DNA of 64,000 bases from the NCBI GenBank assembly GCA_963816185.1, contig CAWFJJ010000028.1, positions 192,001-256,000 of the forward strand. The letters are read 5' to 3'. Positions 1 through 7,834 of this stretch are shown here, piece by piece; position 1 is the first letter of the stretch, and every line of letters starts with the position of its first letter. Under the pieces are notes generated by a model that made no database searches, was not told where the DNA came from, and saw only the letters and a program-made list of their open reading frames with translations. The translations under genes and the position numbers were made by a program. The stretch is from Thermoanaerobaculia bacterium (lineage in GTDB: Bacteria; Acidobacteriota; Thermoanaerobaculia; UBA5066).

Positions 1-99
1 TGCATCGTGGCCGGAGCGCCCGAAGAGGTCCACGATTTCGGGGATCGACAGGCGTCCATCCGACCAGGTCGAATGCACGTGAAAGTCGGCCAGCAGCAT
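1..99 (-). CDS. PHP-domain phosphoesterase, 5' part only (runs off window start)
   Basis: Reverse strand from ATG at 99 reads MLLADFHVHSTWSDGRLSIPEIVDLFGRSGHDA, matching the PHP DxHxHSxxSDG motif. An RBS-like GGAGG lies upstream. Confidence 0.8.
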   Translation of the reverse strand, partial: MLLADFHVHSTWSDGRLSIPEIVDLFGRSGHDA

Positions 100-170
100 G
101 GGTCGCCCTCCTCCCCGCGAAAGATGGGCCCCGGGGGTGCGGAAGGGGTGAACCGGCTGTTCAGGCGGCG

Positions 171-1481
171 TTAAATGTGCACAGATTTCTGTGCATGGTT
201 TTCCCGCAATGGCTGCAAGAGGAAAGACTTGCCGATTTCGCGGAAGATCTCCGTCGAGGGCCGCGGGCTGCGCTCGAAGGTCTCGGGATCGACCGCGAAG
301 AGGCCGAACTTCGGGCCGTAGCCGTCCAGCCACTCGAAGTTGTCGAGGAGCGACCAGTGGAGATAGCCCGCGACGGGCACGCCCCCCGCCTCAGCGTCGG
401 CCAGCGCCGAAAGATGAGAACTCAGGAAGGCGGGGCGAAGCGCATCCGCACCGTCGGCCAGGCCGTTCTCCGTGACGAGGACCGGGAGGCCGAGCCGGCC
501 GGCGTCGCCGAGAAGGGCCGCAAAGGACGCGGGTGCGATCTCCCATCCGTTGTCGGTGAGGCCGTGCCCCTGCCGGTCGCGATACGAAAAGCCCGTGAGG
601 ACACGCGTCGCCGCCGGGAAGCGCACGTGAAGGCGCGAGTAATAGTTGACGCCCACGAGGTCGAGGGAGCCGGGCAGCGCGTCCCGTCGCCCCTTGAAGC
701 GCGTGAATGGCGGGATCCAGAGATTCCATCGCCCCGTCGCGAACGCCTCGAGAAACGCCGTGTTGTAGAGGCGGCGCGCGTGCCGGGCGAGAAGCGCGTC
801 GAGCGGATTTCCCGGGCGGTCCGCGGCGAAGTCCATCATGTTGTGCGCGACGCCGATCGCGGTGCCGGGCGCCTCCTGGCGCAGGACGCCGGCGGCCTCC
901 GCGTGCGCGGCGAGGATGTGGTCGAGGGCGCGCCCCGCGGAGCGCGAGTCGGCGAGGCCGGGCGGGATCTGGCCGTCGAGAAAGCCTCCGAGGAGGAGCA
1001 CGAGCGGCTCGTTGAACGTGAGGAAAAGCCGCACGAGAGGAGACAGGGCGCGCGCGACCTCCCGAGCGAACCGCGCGAAGGCGTCGACCGAAGCCGGAGA
1101 CGTCCAGGGCGTCTCCTCGTGGAACCACCTCGGGTGGGTGTAGTGGTGGAGCGTCACGACCGGCTCGAGGCCGAGAGAGACGAGGCGCTCGACGAAGCGC
1201 CGGTAGCGCGCGAGCGCCGGGGCGTCGAAGACGCCGCGCCGCGGCTCGACGCGGCTCCAGGACACGGAGAATCGGAACGCGTTCGCGCCGAGGGAGGCCG
1301 CGAGCGCGGCGTCCTCCTCGTATCTGCGCCACGAGTCCGCCGCGCGCCCGCACGCTCCGCCCTTCGTGCGGCCGGCGGCTTCCCAGTCCGTCCAGTCGCA
1401 CGGATCACCGCCCTCGACCTGGTAGTGGGAGACGGCGACGCCGAAGAGCCGCGGCCGGTCGGGGAACGGGAAGACGCTCAC
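171..1481 (-). CDS. Glycoside hydrolase family 1 (beta-glucosidase-like)
   Basis: FGVAVSHYQVEG N-terminus, RFSVSWSRVEP, TFNEP (acid/base), VTENG (nucleophile), WSLLDNFEW. Confidence 0.93.
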   Translation of the reverse strand: MSVFPFPDRPRLFGVAVSHYQVEGGDPCDWTDWEAAGRTKGGACGRAADSWRRYEEDAALAASLGANAFRFSVSWSRVEPRRGVFDAPALARYRRFVERLVSLGLEPVVTLHHYTHPRWFHEETPWTSPASVDAFARFAREVARALSPLVRLFLTFNEPLVLLLGGFLDGQIPPGLADSRSAGRALDHILAAHAEAAGVLRQEAPGTAIGVAHNMMDFAADRPGNPLDALLARHARRLYNTAFLEAFATGRWNLWIPPFTRFKGRRDALPGSLDLVGVNYYSRLHVRFPAATRVLTGFSYRDRQGHGLTDNGWEIAPASFAALLGDAGRLGLPVLVTENGLADGADALRPAFLSSHLSALADAEAGGVPVAGYLHWSLLDNFEWLDGYGPKFGLFAVDPETFERSPRPSTEIFREIGKSFLLQPLRENHAQKSVHI

Positions 1482-1527
1482 TTCACGTCAAGATAACAGG
1501 GCTACGATACGGTCGAGACGATTGGGA

Positions 1528-3069
1528 ATGGCGGCGAAGAACATCGCGGCGATCGACGTGGGCTCGAACTCGATCAAGCTCCTCGTCGCGCGACACGATC
1601 CTTCGGACGGCGGCAGCTGGTCGGAAGTCCTGCGCGAGAAGGAGATGGTGCGGCTCGGGCAGGAGACGCTCGCGTCGGGATCGCTCTCGGAAGAGGCGAT
1701 GGCCGACGGGATCGACTGCCTCGTGCGCTACGCCGCTCTCGCGCGCGCCGCAGGGGCCGGCTCGATCACGGCGGTCGCGACGTGCGCGGTGCGTGAGGCC
1801 GCGAACGGGGACGAGTTCGTCAAGCGCGTGCGCAAGGAGACCGGACTCCGCCTCGCGGTGATCTCCGGCGAGGAGGAGGCGCGCCTCATCACGCGCGCCG
1901 TGCGCTCGGAGCTGCCGCCTTCGTGCGACCCGCTCCTGGTCCTCGACATCGGCGGCGGATCGACCGAGGTCGTCGTCGCGGAGGGCGACCGGATCCTCCT
2001 GGCCGAGAGCCTCGATCTCGGAGCCGTGCGCCTGACGGATCTCTTCGTCTCGTCCGACCCGCTCTCGGCGAAGGACGAGCGGCGCCTGCGCCGCGCGGTG
2101 AGGAGCCGCCTCGAGCGCCTCCGAAAGCCGGTCCGCCGGGCGAAGGTCGCAACGGCGGTCGGAACGTCGGGCACGATCCTCGCGGTCGCCGCGATCGCCG
2201 CGGAGCTCCAGGGGCGATCGCCGGCCGGCGCGGGCCACCGGGCGCTCGACCGAAAGGACGTGACGCGGATCGCGAGCCTCCTCGCGAAATCGACCGCGAG
2301 GCAGAAGCTCCGCGTCCCGGGGCTCGAGGCCGACCGGAGGGACATCGTGACCGCGGGAGCGATCCTCCTCGAGGAGCTCCTCGACGCGTTCGACGTGGAA
2401 GGCCTCCTCGTGTCGGACCGCTCGCTCCGCGACGCTCTCGTCCTCGAGGCGCCGGCCGCTGCGGGCCGCGGACGCAACGCGGAGCGGAACATTCGCCGCG
2501 AGTCCGTTTCGCGACTCGGAAAGCGCTCGGGCCTCTCGCGGGTCCACGCGGGCCGCGTACGTGACCTCGCCCTCGCGCTCTTCGACCAGACCCACAGCCT
2601 CCACCAGCTCACGGCGCTCGAGCGCGAGTGGCTCGAGCACGCCGCCGTGCTGCACGACATCGGCTTGTCGGTCGCTTATGCGCGCCACCACCACCACTCT
2701 TACTACCTGATCCTGCACGGCGACCTGAAGGGGTTCACGCAGGCCGAGGTGGAGCTGATGGCGCTCGTGGCCCGGTATCACCGCAAGGCGCCTCCTCTCG
2801 ATGCGCACGAGCCGTTCCGGGCGCTCGACCCGTGGAAAAAGCCCGTCGTCGAGAAGCTCGCCGCGCTCCTGAGGGTCGCCGACGCGCTCGACCGCACGCA
2901 TCGCGGTCTCGTCAAGCGCGTTCGCGTGACGTTCCGCGGCAAGCGGGTCCACATGGCCCTGTCCGCGCGCCATCCTTTGGATCTCGAGCTGTGGGCGCTC
3001 CGGAAGAAAGGCCGCCTTTTCGAGAGGACATTCGGCGTGGATCTCGTCGCGCGCACGGTTGTCGGATAA
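1528..3069 (+). CDS. ppx: Ppx/GppA exopolyphosphatase with C-terminal HD domain
   Basis: AAIDVGSNSIKL, SGEEEARL, LDIGGGSTE, LHDIG, ARYHRK and LRVADALD motifs. Confidence 0.92.
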   Translation: MAAKNIAAIDVGSNSIKLLVARHDPSDGGSWSEVLREKEMVRLGQETLASGSLSEEAMADGIDCLVRYAALARAAGAGSITAVATCAVREAANGDEFVKRVRKETGLRLAVISGEEEARLITRAVRSELPPSCDPLLVLDIGGGSTEVVVAEGDRILLAESLDLGAVRLTDLFVSSDPLSAKDERRLRRAVRSRLERLRKPVRRAKVATAVGTSGTILAVAAIAAELQGRSPAGAGHRALDRKDVTRIASLLAKSTARQKLRVPGLEADRRDIVTAGAILLEELLDAFDVEGLLVSDRSLRDALVLEAPAAAGRGRNAERNIRRESVSRLGKRSGLSRVHAGRVRDLALALFDQTHSLHQLTALEREWLEHAAVLHDIGLSVAYARHHHHSYYLILHGDLKGFTQAEVELMALVARYHRKAPPLDAHEPFRALDPWKKPVVEKLAALLRVADALDRTHRGLVKRVRVTFRGKRVHMALSARHPLDLELWALRKKGRLFERTFGVDLVARTVVG

Positions 3070-3076
3070 TCGACGT

Positions 3077-3700
3077 GTGATCGTCGCGCTGATCCTTTTT
3101 CTCGCCGCCCGGGCCGCGTCGACGGCGCCCACCGTCACGCCGACGGCCTCTGTGACTCCGACTCCCTCGACACCAACTCCCATCCCCTCTCCGACCCCCG
3201 TGACAGCCGCGGATCCGTACCGCCCGCGGGCGCTCTCGGAGATCGCGCGCGACCGCCGTCTCGGTCGCCTCTCAGGCGTCGCCGTCGTCACGACGCCCGA
3301 GCCCGAGCCGGCGCCGTCCGGAACAGCGCCGGCGCGCCGCTCGGGTCCGGTGCGGGTCGTGGACGTCCAGGAGAACGGGGCGGTCACGGACGGCTTCGTC
3401 TCGGTCTACGGCACGGTCCGCAATACCGGCCACCTTGCCGCATGCCGCGTGAGGATCTTCCTGAAGGTCTACGACGGTCACGGAGTCCTGCTCTCGACGG
3501 GAGAGACCACGACGGACCTCAAGATCGTGGGACCCGGTGAGGCGGTTCCGTTCGGAGGGTTCGTCCAGGTTCCTGCGGGTGTGCGCGGCTCGCGCGAGCG
3601 GAAACCGGACCCGCTCGACAACGGGACCACCCCGACGAACTGGAAGCGCGTGGGCCGCGTCGAGGCCGAGATTATGGAGTCGAGCGAGGAATGCTCGTGA
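3077..3700 (+). CDS. Secreted FxLYD-like Ig-fold domain protein (paralog 1)
   Basis: Signal peptide, Pro/Thr linker, then VYGTVRNTG...KVYDGHG...VGPGEAVPF. Start is uncertain (TTG 3059 or GTG 3077). Confidence 0.65.
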   Translation: MIVALILFLAARAASTAPTVTPTASVTPTPSTPTPIPSPTPVTAADPYRPRALSEIARDRRLGRLSGVAVVTTPEPEPAPSGTAPARRSGPVRVVDVQENGAVTDGFVSVYGTVRNTGHLAACRVRIFLKVYDGHGVLLSTGETTTDLKIVGPGEAVPFGGFVQVPAGVRGSRERKPDPLDNGTTPTNWKRVGRVEAEIMESSEECS

Positions 3701-4344
3701 GCCCTGCCGCCCTCGCGCTTGCCCTTCTTCAGGTCGCGGCGGCCACGCCGGGTTCGACGCCCAAGCCCACGCCGACGCCGACGGTGAGCGGCCCCGCCCG
3801 GCCCCGCACGCTCCAGGACATCGCACGCGAGCGCCGCCTGAAGACGGGCCCGGACGCGAAAGGGAAGGGGACGACGATCACGCTCGGGCCCGCCCCCGGC
3901 GCAACGCCCGCCCCTACGGCTTCCGCCTCACCCGCCCCGACCGGGGACGCGCCGGCCGGCGACTCTCCGATCGCTTCGGACGTACGCGTCGTGGCCGTCT
4001 CGAACGACGGGGTCGTCGATCCAGCCGGCCTCGTCCGCGTCTCGGGCACGGTCCGAAACGCCGGAGACCAGACCGTGTGCGGCGTCGCGATCCTCGTGAG
4101 GATCCTCGACAGCAAGGGCGAGTACCTCGCGTCCGCCCAGATCGCGCCGGACGTGAACGTGCTGCCGGCGAAAGAGACGTCCAGCTTCCATGCGAGCGTT
4201 CAGGCTCCGCCGGGCGTGCGGGGCGCGCGTGTGAGCCCGGACCGCCGGGACGCCTCGGATGGAAGCACGACGATGGCGGGCGACTGGAAGCTCCTCGGGG
4301 GCGCCGAGGCGAAGGTCGTCGACGTGACCGCGTGCCCGAAGTGA
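3691..4344 (+). CDS. Secreted FxLYD-like Ig-fold domain protein (paralog 2)
   Basis: Signal peptide, PT linker, VSGTVRNAG...ILDSKG. Clearly similar to the upstream gene. Confidence 0.65.
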   Translation: MLVSPAALALALLQVAAATPGSTPKPTPTPTVSGPARPRTLQDIARERRLKTGPDAKGKGTTITLGPAPGATPAPTASASPAPTGDAPAGDSPIASDVRVVAVSNDGVVDPAGLVRVSGTVRNAGDQTVCGVAILVRILDSKGEYLASAQIAPDVNVLPAKETSSFHASVQAPPGVRGARVSPDRRDASDGSTTMAGDWKLLGGAEAKVVDVTACPK

Positions 4345-4348
4345 CGGC

Positions 4349-4810
4349 TCAGCGCGCGGGCGGACGGCCTTTGACGAGCAGCTTCTTCGTCTGGATGTAG
4401 CCGCTGAGGATCCGCAGGGTCGCAGCCCGCGTGTTCGGGTTGCGGCTGAAGATGGCGGTCGTGGCCTCCGGGCCGACGGCTTTGTTCTGCCAGACGAAAT
4501 CCTCGATGAACTTGTTTGGTTGCTCGGGTTTGCCCCACCCGGCGTGAAGATCCTTCAGGACCCGGTCGGCCGACGAGGAGGGCATCTCGATGAAGACCTC
4601 CGCGAAGCGGTTCTCCCAGAACTCGTAGACGATCTTGTCGACGGGCGCGCCGCCCCACGTGAGATCGTCTTTGGCGATCCAGCAGAACTTCGCCTCATTG
4701 TGCTCGTCGAGGACTTCCATGCGCGGCCCCGGTCCGTCACCCCACTTCAGGTCCCGGAAGCCGGGTTTCATCCCTCCACTCGCACCGCTCTTCCCGCCGA
4801 AAAGGGCCAT
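4349..4810 (-). CDS. Hypothetical protein (153 aa)
   Basis: Protein-like composition (GFRDLKWG...WGKP...W) and GGAGGAG RBS before the ATG. Confidence 0.7.
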   Translation of the reverse strand: MALFGGKSGASGGMKPGFRDLKWGDGPGPRMEVLDEHNEAKFCWIAKDDLTWGGAPVDKIVYEFWENRFAEVFIEMPSSSADRVLKDLHAGWGKPEQPNKFIEDFVWQNKAVGPEATTAIFSRNPNTRAATLRILSGYIQTKKLLVKGRPPAR

Positions 4811-4815
4811 CGCTC

Positions 4816-4844
4816 CTCCCCCGAAAGGATCTCCCCCGAAAGGA
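4816..4844. repeat. Tandem 14-bp direct repeat CTCCCCCGAAAGGA upstream of the 4810 ORF
   Basis: Copies at 4816-4829 and 4831-4844. Confidence 0.7.
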
Positions 4845-4910
4845 AAAGGATAGCGCGTCCGGGCCGGAGCGGTCCCGCTCCTCGCCGCAGGTCCTCCTGT
4901 CCGTTGCGGG

Positions 4911-5168
4911 CTACGTTCCCGTCTTCAGGGCCACGTCGAGGAGATCCATGTCGACGCGCGGCATCGCGTCGCCTTCCGCGCGCCGGCGCTCGACCTCCGC
5001 GCGGACGAGAGTCGCTTTCGCCGGGCTCTGGCGAAGGGCGTTCACCGCGCCGACCGTGATCGTATAGACGCCGCACACGTTGCATCGCAGCTCGATCTCT
5101 GCGGTCGCGCTGCGGGCTCCGAGGGCCGTTCCGCCGCAGAGGAGACAGGCCATGTCCACGATCGACAT
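4911..5168 (-). CDS. Small zinc-ribbon protein (85 aa)
   Basis: CLLC...CNVCGVYTI. GGAGGTG RBS upstream. Confidence 0.65.
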   Translation of the reverse strand: MSIVDMACLLCGGTALGARSATAEIELRCNVCGVYTITVGAVNALRQSPAKATLVRAEVERRRAEGDAMPRVDMDLLDVALKTGT

Positions 5169-5238
5169 GGGGCACCTCCCGTTGGAGACGATTCTCCCTC
5201 TTTTTGAAGGTCGAGGGAGGCTGAACCTGCAAGCTGAG

Positions 5239-5315
5239 TGGTACCCCCAGAGGGATTCGAACCCTCGATCTCCACCTTGAAAGGGTGGCGTCCTGGGCCA
5301 CTAGACGATGGGGGC
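5239..5315 (-). tRNA. tRNA-Glu (TTC)
   Basis: Reverse complement GCCCCCATCGTCTAGTGG...CCACC-CT-TTC-AA-GGTGG...GGTTCGAATCCC...GGGGTACCA, with CCA encoded. Confidence 0.96.
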
Positions 5316-5373
5316 ACCCGGCCGCAAAGCGGGGATTCTAACCGGCCTGGCGCCGGTCGGTCGCAAGACGCCC

Positions 5374-5733
5374 TCAGCGGAGGAACGCCGCCTCGAAGAG
5401 GCGGATCACCTTGGCGATGTCGTCGGCTGCAAAGTAGCTGGGCCGGGCGTCGACGGTCGGGGTCTTCTTCGACGGCACGCCGGGTTCTTCGTGCTCGAGG
5501 CAGAGCGTGTAGGCGCCCCGGAGCGCCTGGAGCACGTCGGCGGCGACAAACGGATGGGGTTCGAGGCCCTCCTTCGTCGCGTGGAGGAGCAGCTGCGCGT
5601 CGCCGACTCGCTCGCTTCCGAAGTCGCACAGGATTTCGAAGGCCTTCCACGACGCGCGGAGACGCTGGGGCTGGGGAGCGGGGAACGAGTGCAGCGGGTG
5701 CGCGGCGGACGAGCGGGCGAAGTTCATGCTCAT
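5374..5733 (-). CDS. Hypothetical protein, EPHP-motif family paralog A (119 aa)
   Basis: AGGAG RBS. Shares RLRAS..AF..L...GS.R...A.LL.HA..EPHP.V...V.QAL and FE.AF with its neighbour. Confidence 0.72.
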   Translation of the reverse strand: MSMNFARSSAAHPLHSFPAPQPQRLRASWKAFEILCDFGSERVGDAQLLLHATKEGLEPHPFVAADVLQALRGAYTLCLEHEEPGVPSKKTPTVDARPSYFAADDIAKVIRLFEAAFLR

Positions 5734-5867
5734 GACGGCGGCTCCTAATTCCGCGGTGGATGAAAAAACTTCCAACCGAGCAGGAAACCCCGGCGTGGCA
5801 CTCAAGAGTGATGCCAAGGTGGCTCCGGATCTCTTGTTGTTGCGGGTCGATCCCGCGAGTCCCGGCT

Positions 5868-6188
5868 TCAGCCCGGCTGGACGAACGCCTGCTCGAATCG
5901 CTGGACGATGTCGTCCAGTCCCGATGGCTCGGACGCCGCCTTCCGCGAGAAGATCCCCGAGATCTTCTTGAGGGGCGACGCCTGTACTTTGGGCTGCGCC
6001 GCGCGCGCCTCGAGAAGAGCCTGGTGCACCTCGCGCACGACCCGCGGGTGAGGCTCGTGATCACTCCGGACCGCGTGCTTCAGGAGTTCCGCGTTCTTGA
6101 TTCTCGGGCTGCCGTTCGTTCGAAGGACGTCGAAGGCTTCGGCCGAGGCGCGAAGCCTCAGGCTCCGTAGAGCCGCTGAACTGCTCAT
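5868..6188 (-). CDS. Hypothetical protein, EPHP-motif family paralog B (106 aa)
   Basis: GAGGAG RBS before ATG 6188. Paralogous to 5374-5733. Confidence 0.72.
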   Translation of the reverse strand: MSSSAALRSLRLRASAEAFDVLRTNGSPRIKNAELLKHAVRSDHEPHPRVVREVHQALLEARAAQPKVQASPLKKISGIFSRKAASEPSGLDDIVQRFEQAFVQPG

Positions 6189-6303
6189 GTCTCCTCTTCG
6201 CACGAGACCGGCGAAACGATGGATCACGTCCACCGGCCGCCGGTATCGGCTCCGGTCATCTTACATCGCTGGACCCGGACGAGAAGCAGCCAGGCGGGAA
6301 GGT

Positions 6304-6380
6304 TGGTGAGCCGTGCTGGACTCGAACCAGCGACCCCCTGCTTAAAAGGCAGGTGCTCTAACCGACTGAGCTAACGGCCC
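6304..6380 (-). tRNA. tRNA-Lys (TTT)
   Basis: Reverse complement GGGCCGTTAGCTCAGTCGGTTAGAGCA-CCTGC-CT-TTT-AA-GCAGG...GGTTCGAGTCC...CTCACCA. Confidence 0.96.
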
Positions 6381-6418
6381 GCCGGCGGCGGAGTGTAACA
6401 GGGCGGATTCGGGGATCG

Positions 6419-7759
6419 TCAGACCGGCGCGCCGACGTTCGCTTTCAGCCAGCCGTCCAGAGCGGTGCCCGGGCGGACGATCGTCTCCTCGCGCCGCGGG
6501 CCGGTCGAGAGCAGGCCGACTTTTGCGCCGACGATCTCCTCGAGCGCCGAGACGTACTCGCGGGCGCGTGCGGGCAGAGCGTCCCAGCTCTCGATGCCCG
6601 CGATGGAGGTCTTCCATCCCGGGAACGAGCGGTAGACCGGTTTGGCGCGCTCGTAGAGGTCCGCGCGCGCGGGGACGGCGGACGCGGGCTTCCCGTCGAT
6701 CGTGTAGCCGGTGGCGATCCGAACCTCGTCGTGATCGTCGAGAACGTCGAGCTTCGTGAGGGCGATGGCGTCCAGGCCCGTCACGCGCACCGCCGTCCGC
6801 GCGACGACGGCGTCGAACCAGCCCACGCGCCGCGGCCGGCCCGTGACGGTGCCGAACTCGTTTCCTCGAGCCCGAATCCGCTCTCCGACCTCGTCGGTGA
6901 GCTCGGTCGGGAACGGGCCCGACCCGACGCGCGTCGTGTAGGCCTTCATGACCGCCACGACTGCCCCGAGCGCCGACGGCGGGAGCCCGAGACCCGTGCA
7001 CGCGCCCCCCGGCGCACAGGACGAGGACGTGACGAACGGATAAGTCCCGTGGTCCACGTCGAGCATGATTCCCTGCGCACCTTCGCAGAGGAGCTTCCTG
7101 CCCTTCGCGAGCTCGCCGTGGAGGAAGAGCGACGTGTCGGTGACGAAGCGGGCGAGCTTCCGGCCGCACTCGATGTACGTCTCGAGCGTCTCCTCGATGG
7201 GGGCGCCCTCGACGCCGTAGAAGTGCTTGAGCACCGCGTCGTGATGGGCGACGACGGGCCGCGCGACCGCGCAGAACCGATCGGGGTCCACGAGGTCCGC
7301 GATGCGAAGTCCGGTCCGATTCGCCTTCGACTCGTAGGCCGGGCCGATGCCGCGCGAGGTCGTGCCGATACTCGCGCCGCCGAGCGCCTTCTCGCGCGCT
7401 CCGTCGAGGAGCGCGTGCGTGGGCAGGATGACGTGGGCGCGGTCGGAAAGGCGGAGGTTGTCGCCGACCGTTACGCCGGCCGCGCGCAGAGAGTCCATCT
7501 CGTCGAGCAGCGCACGCGGGTCGATGACGAGCCCGTTGCCGATCACGTTCATGACACCCGGACGGCAGATGCCCGACGGGACGAGCCGTAGCGCGAAGTG
7601 CTTGTCACCGAACCTGACGGTGTGGCCGGCGTTGTGGCCGCCCTGGTAGCGCGCCACGAGATCGAAGGAGGGGGAGATGAGATCGACGACCTTGCCTTTG
7701 CCTTCGTCGCCCCACTGGCCTCCGACGACGGCGAGAGTCGAGTCTTTGATGTGTATCAC
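6419..7759 (-). CDS. purA: Adenylosuccinate synthetase
   Basis: GGQWGDEGKGK, QGGHNAGHT, IGTTSRGIGPAY, EGAQG, GTYPFVTSS, EFGTVTGRPRRVGW. Confidence 0.98.
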   Translation of the reverse strand: MIHIKDSTLAVVGGQWGDEGKGKVVDLISPSFDLVARYQGGHNAGHTVRFGDKHFALRLVPSGICRPGVMNVIGNGLVIDPRALLDEMDSLRAAGVTVGDNLRLSDRAHVILPTHALLDGAREKALGGASIGTTSRGIGPAYESKANRTGLRIADLVDPDRFCAVARPVVAHHDAVLKHFYGVEGAPIEETLETYIECGRKLARFVTDTSLFLHGELAKGRKLLCEGAQGIMLDVDHGTYPFVTSSSCAPGGACTGLGLPPSALGAVVAVMKAYTTRVGSGPFPTELTDEVGERIRARGNEFGTVTGRPRRVGWFDAVVARTAVRVTGLDAIALTKLDVLDDHDEVRIATGYTIDGKPASAVPARADLYERAKPVYRSFPGWKTSIAGIESWDALPARAREYVSALEEIVGAKVGLLSTGPRREETIVRPGTALDGWLKANVGAPV

Positions 7760-7790
7760 TTTTGAATTGTACCGGAGAAGAGAAGGGGAT

Positions 7791-7820
7791 TCGGGAGAAG
7801 ATTTCTTAGCCTTCTCCCGA
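7791..7820. promoter_or_regulatory. Perfect 10-bp inverted repeat in the purA/hutH divergent promoter, with a TTCTTAG half-site in the loop
   Basis: TCGGGAGAAG-ATTTCTTAGC-CTTCTCCCGA. Confidence 0.55.
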
Positions 7821-7834
7821 TGCGAGAATGCCGC

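Noticed and set aside
5796-5816. TGGCACTCAAGAGTGATGCCA as a CIRCE element or sigma54 promoter
   Set aside because: CIRCE needs a 9-bp spacer (here 2). The sigma54 -12 GC is replaced by GA. Too weak to call.
4349-6380. Prophage or genomic island at the tRNA genes
   Set aside because: No integrase, no duplicated tRNA 3' end and no phage genes were seen.
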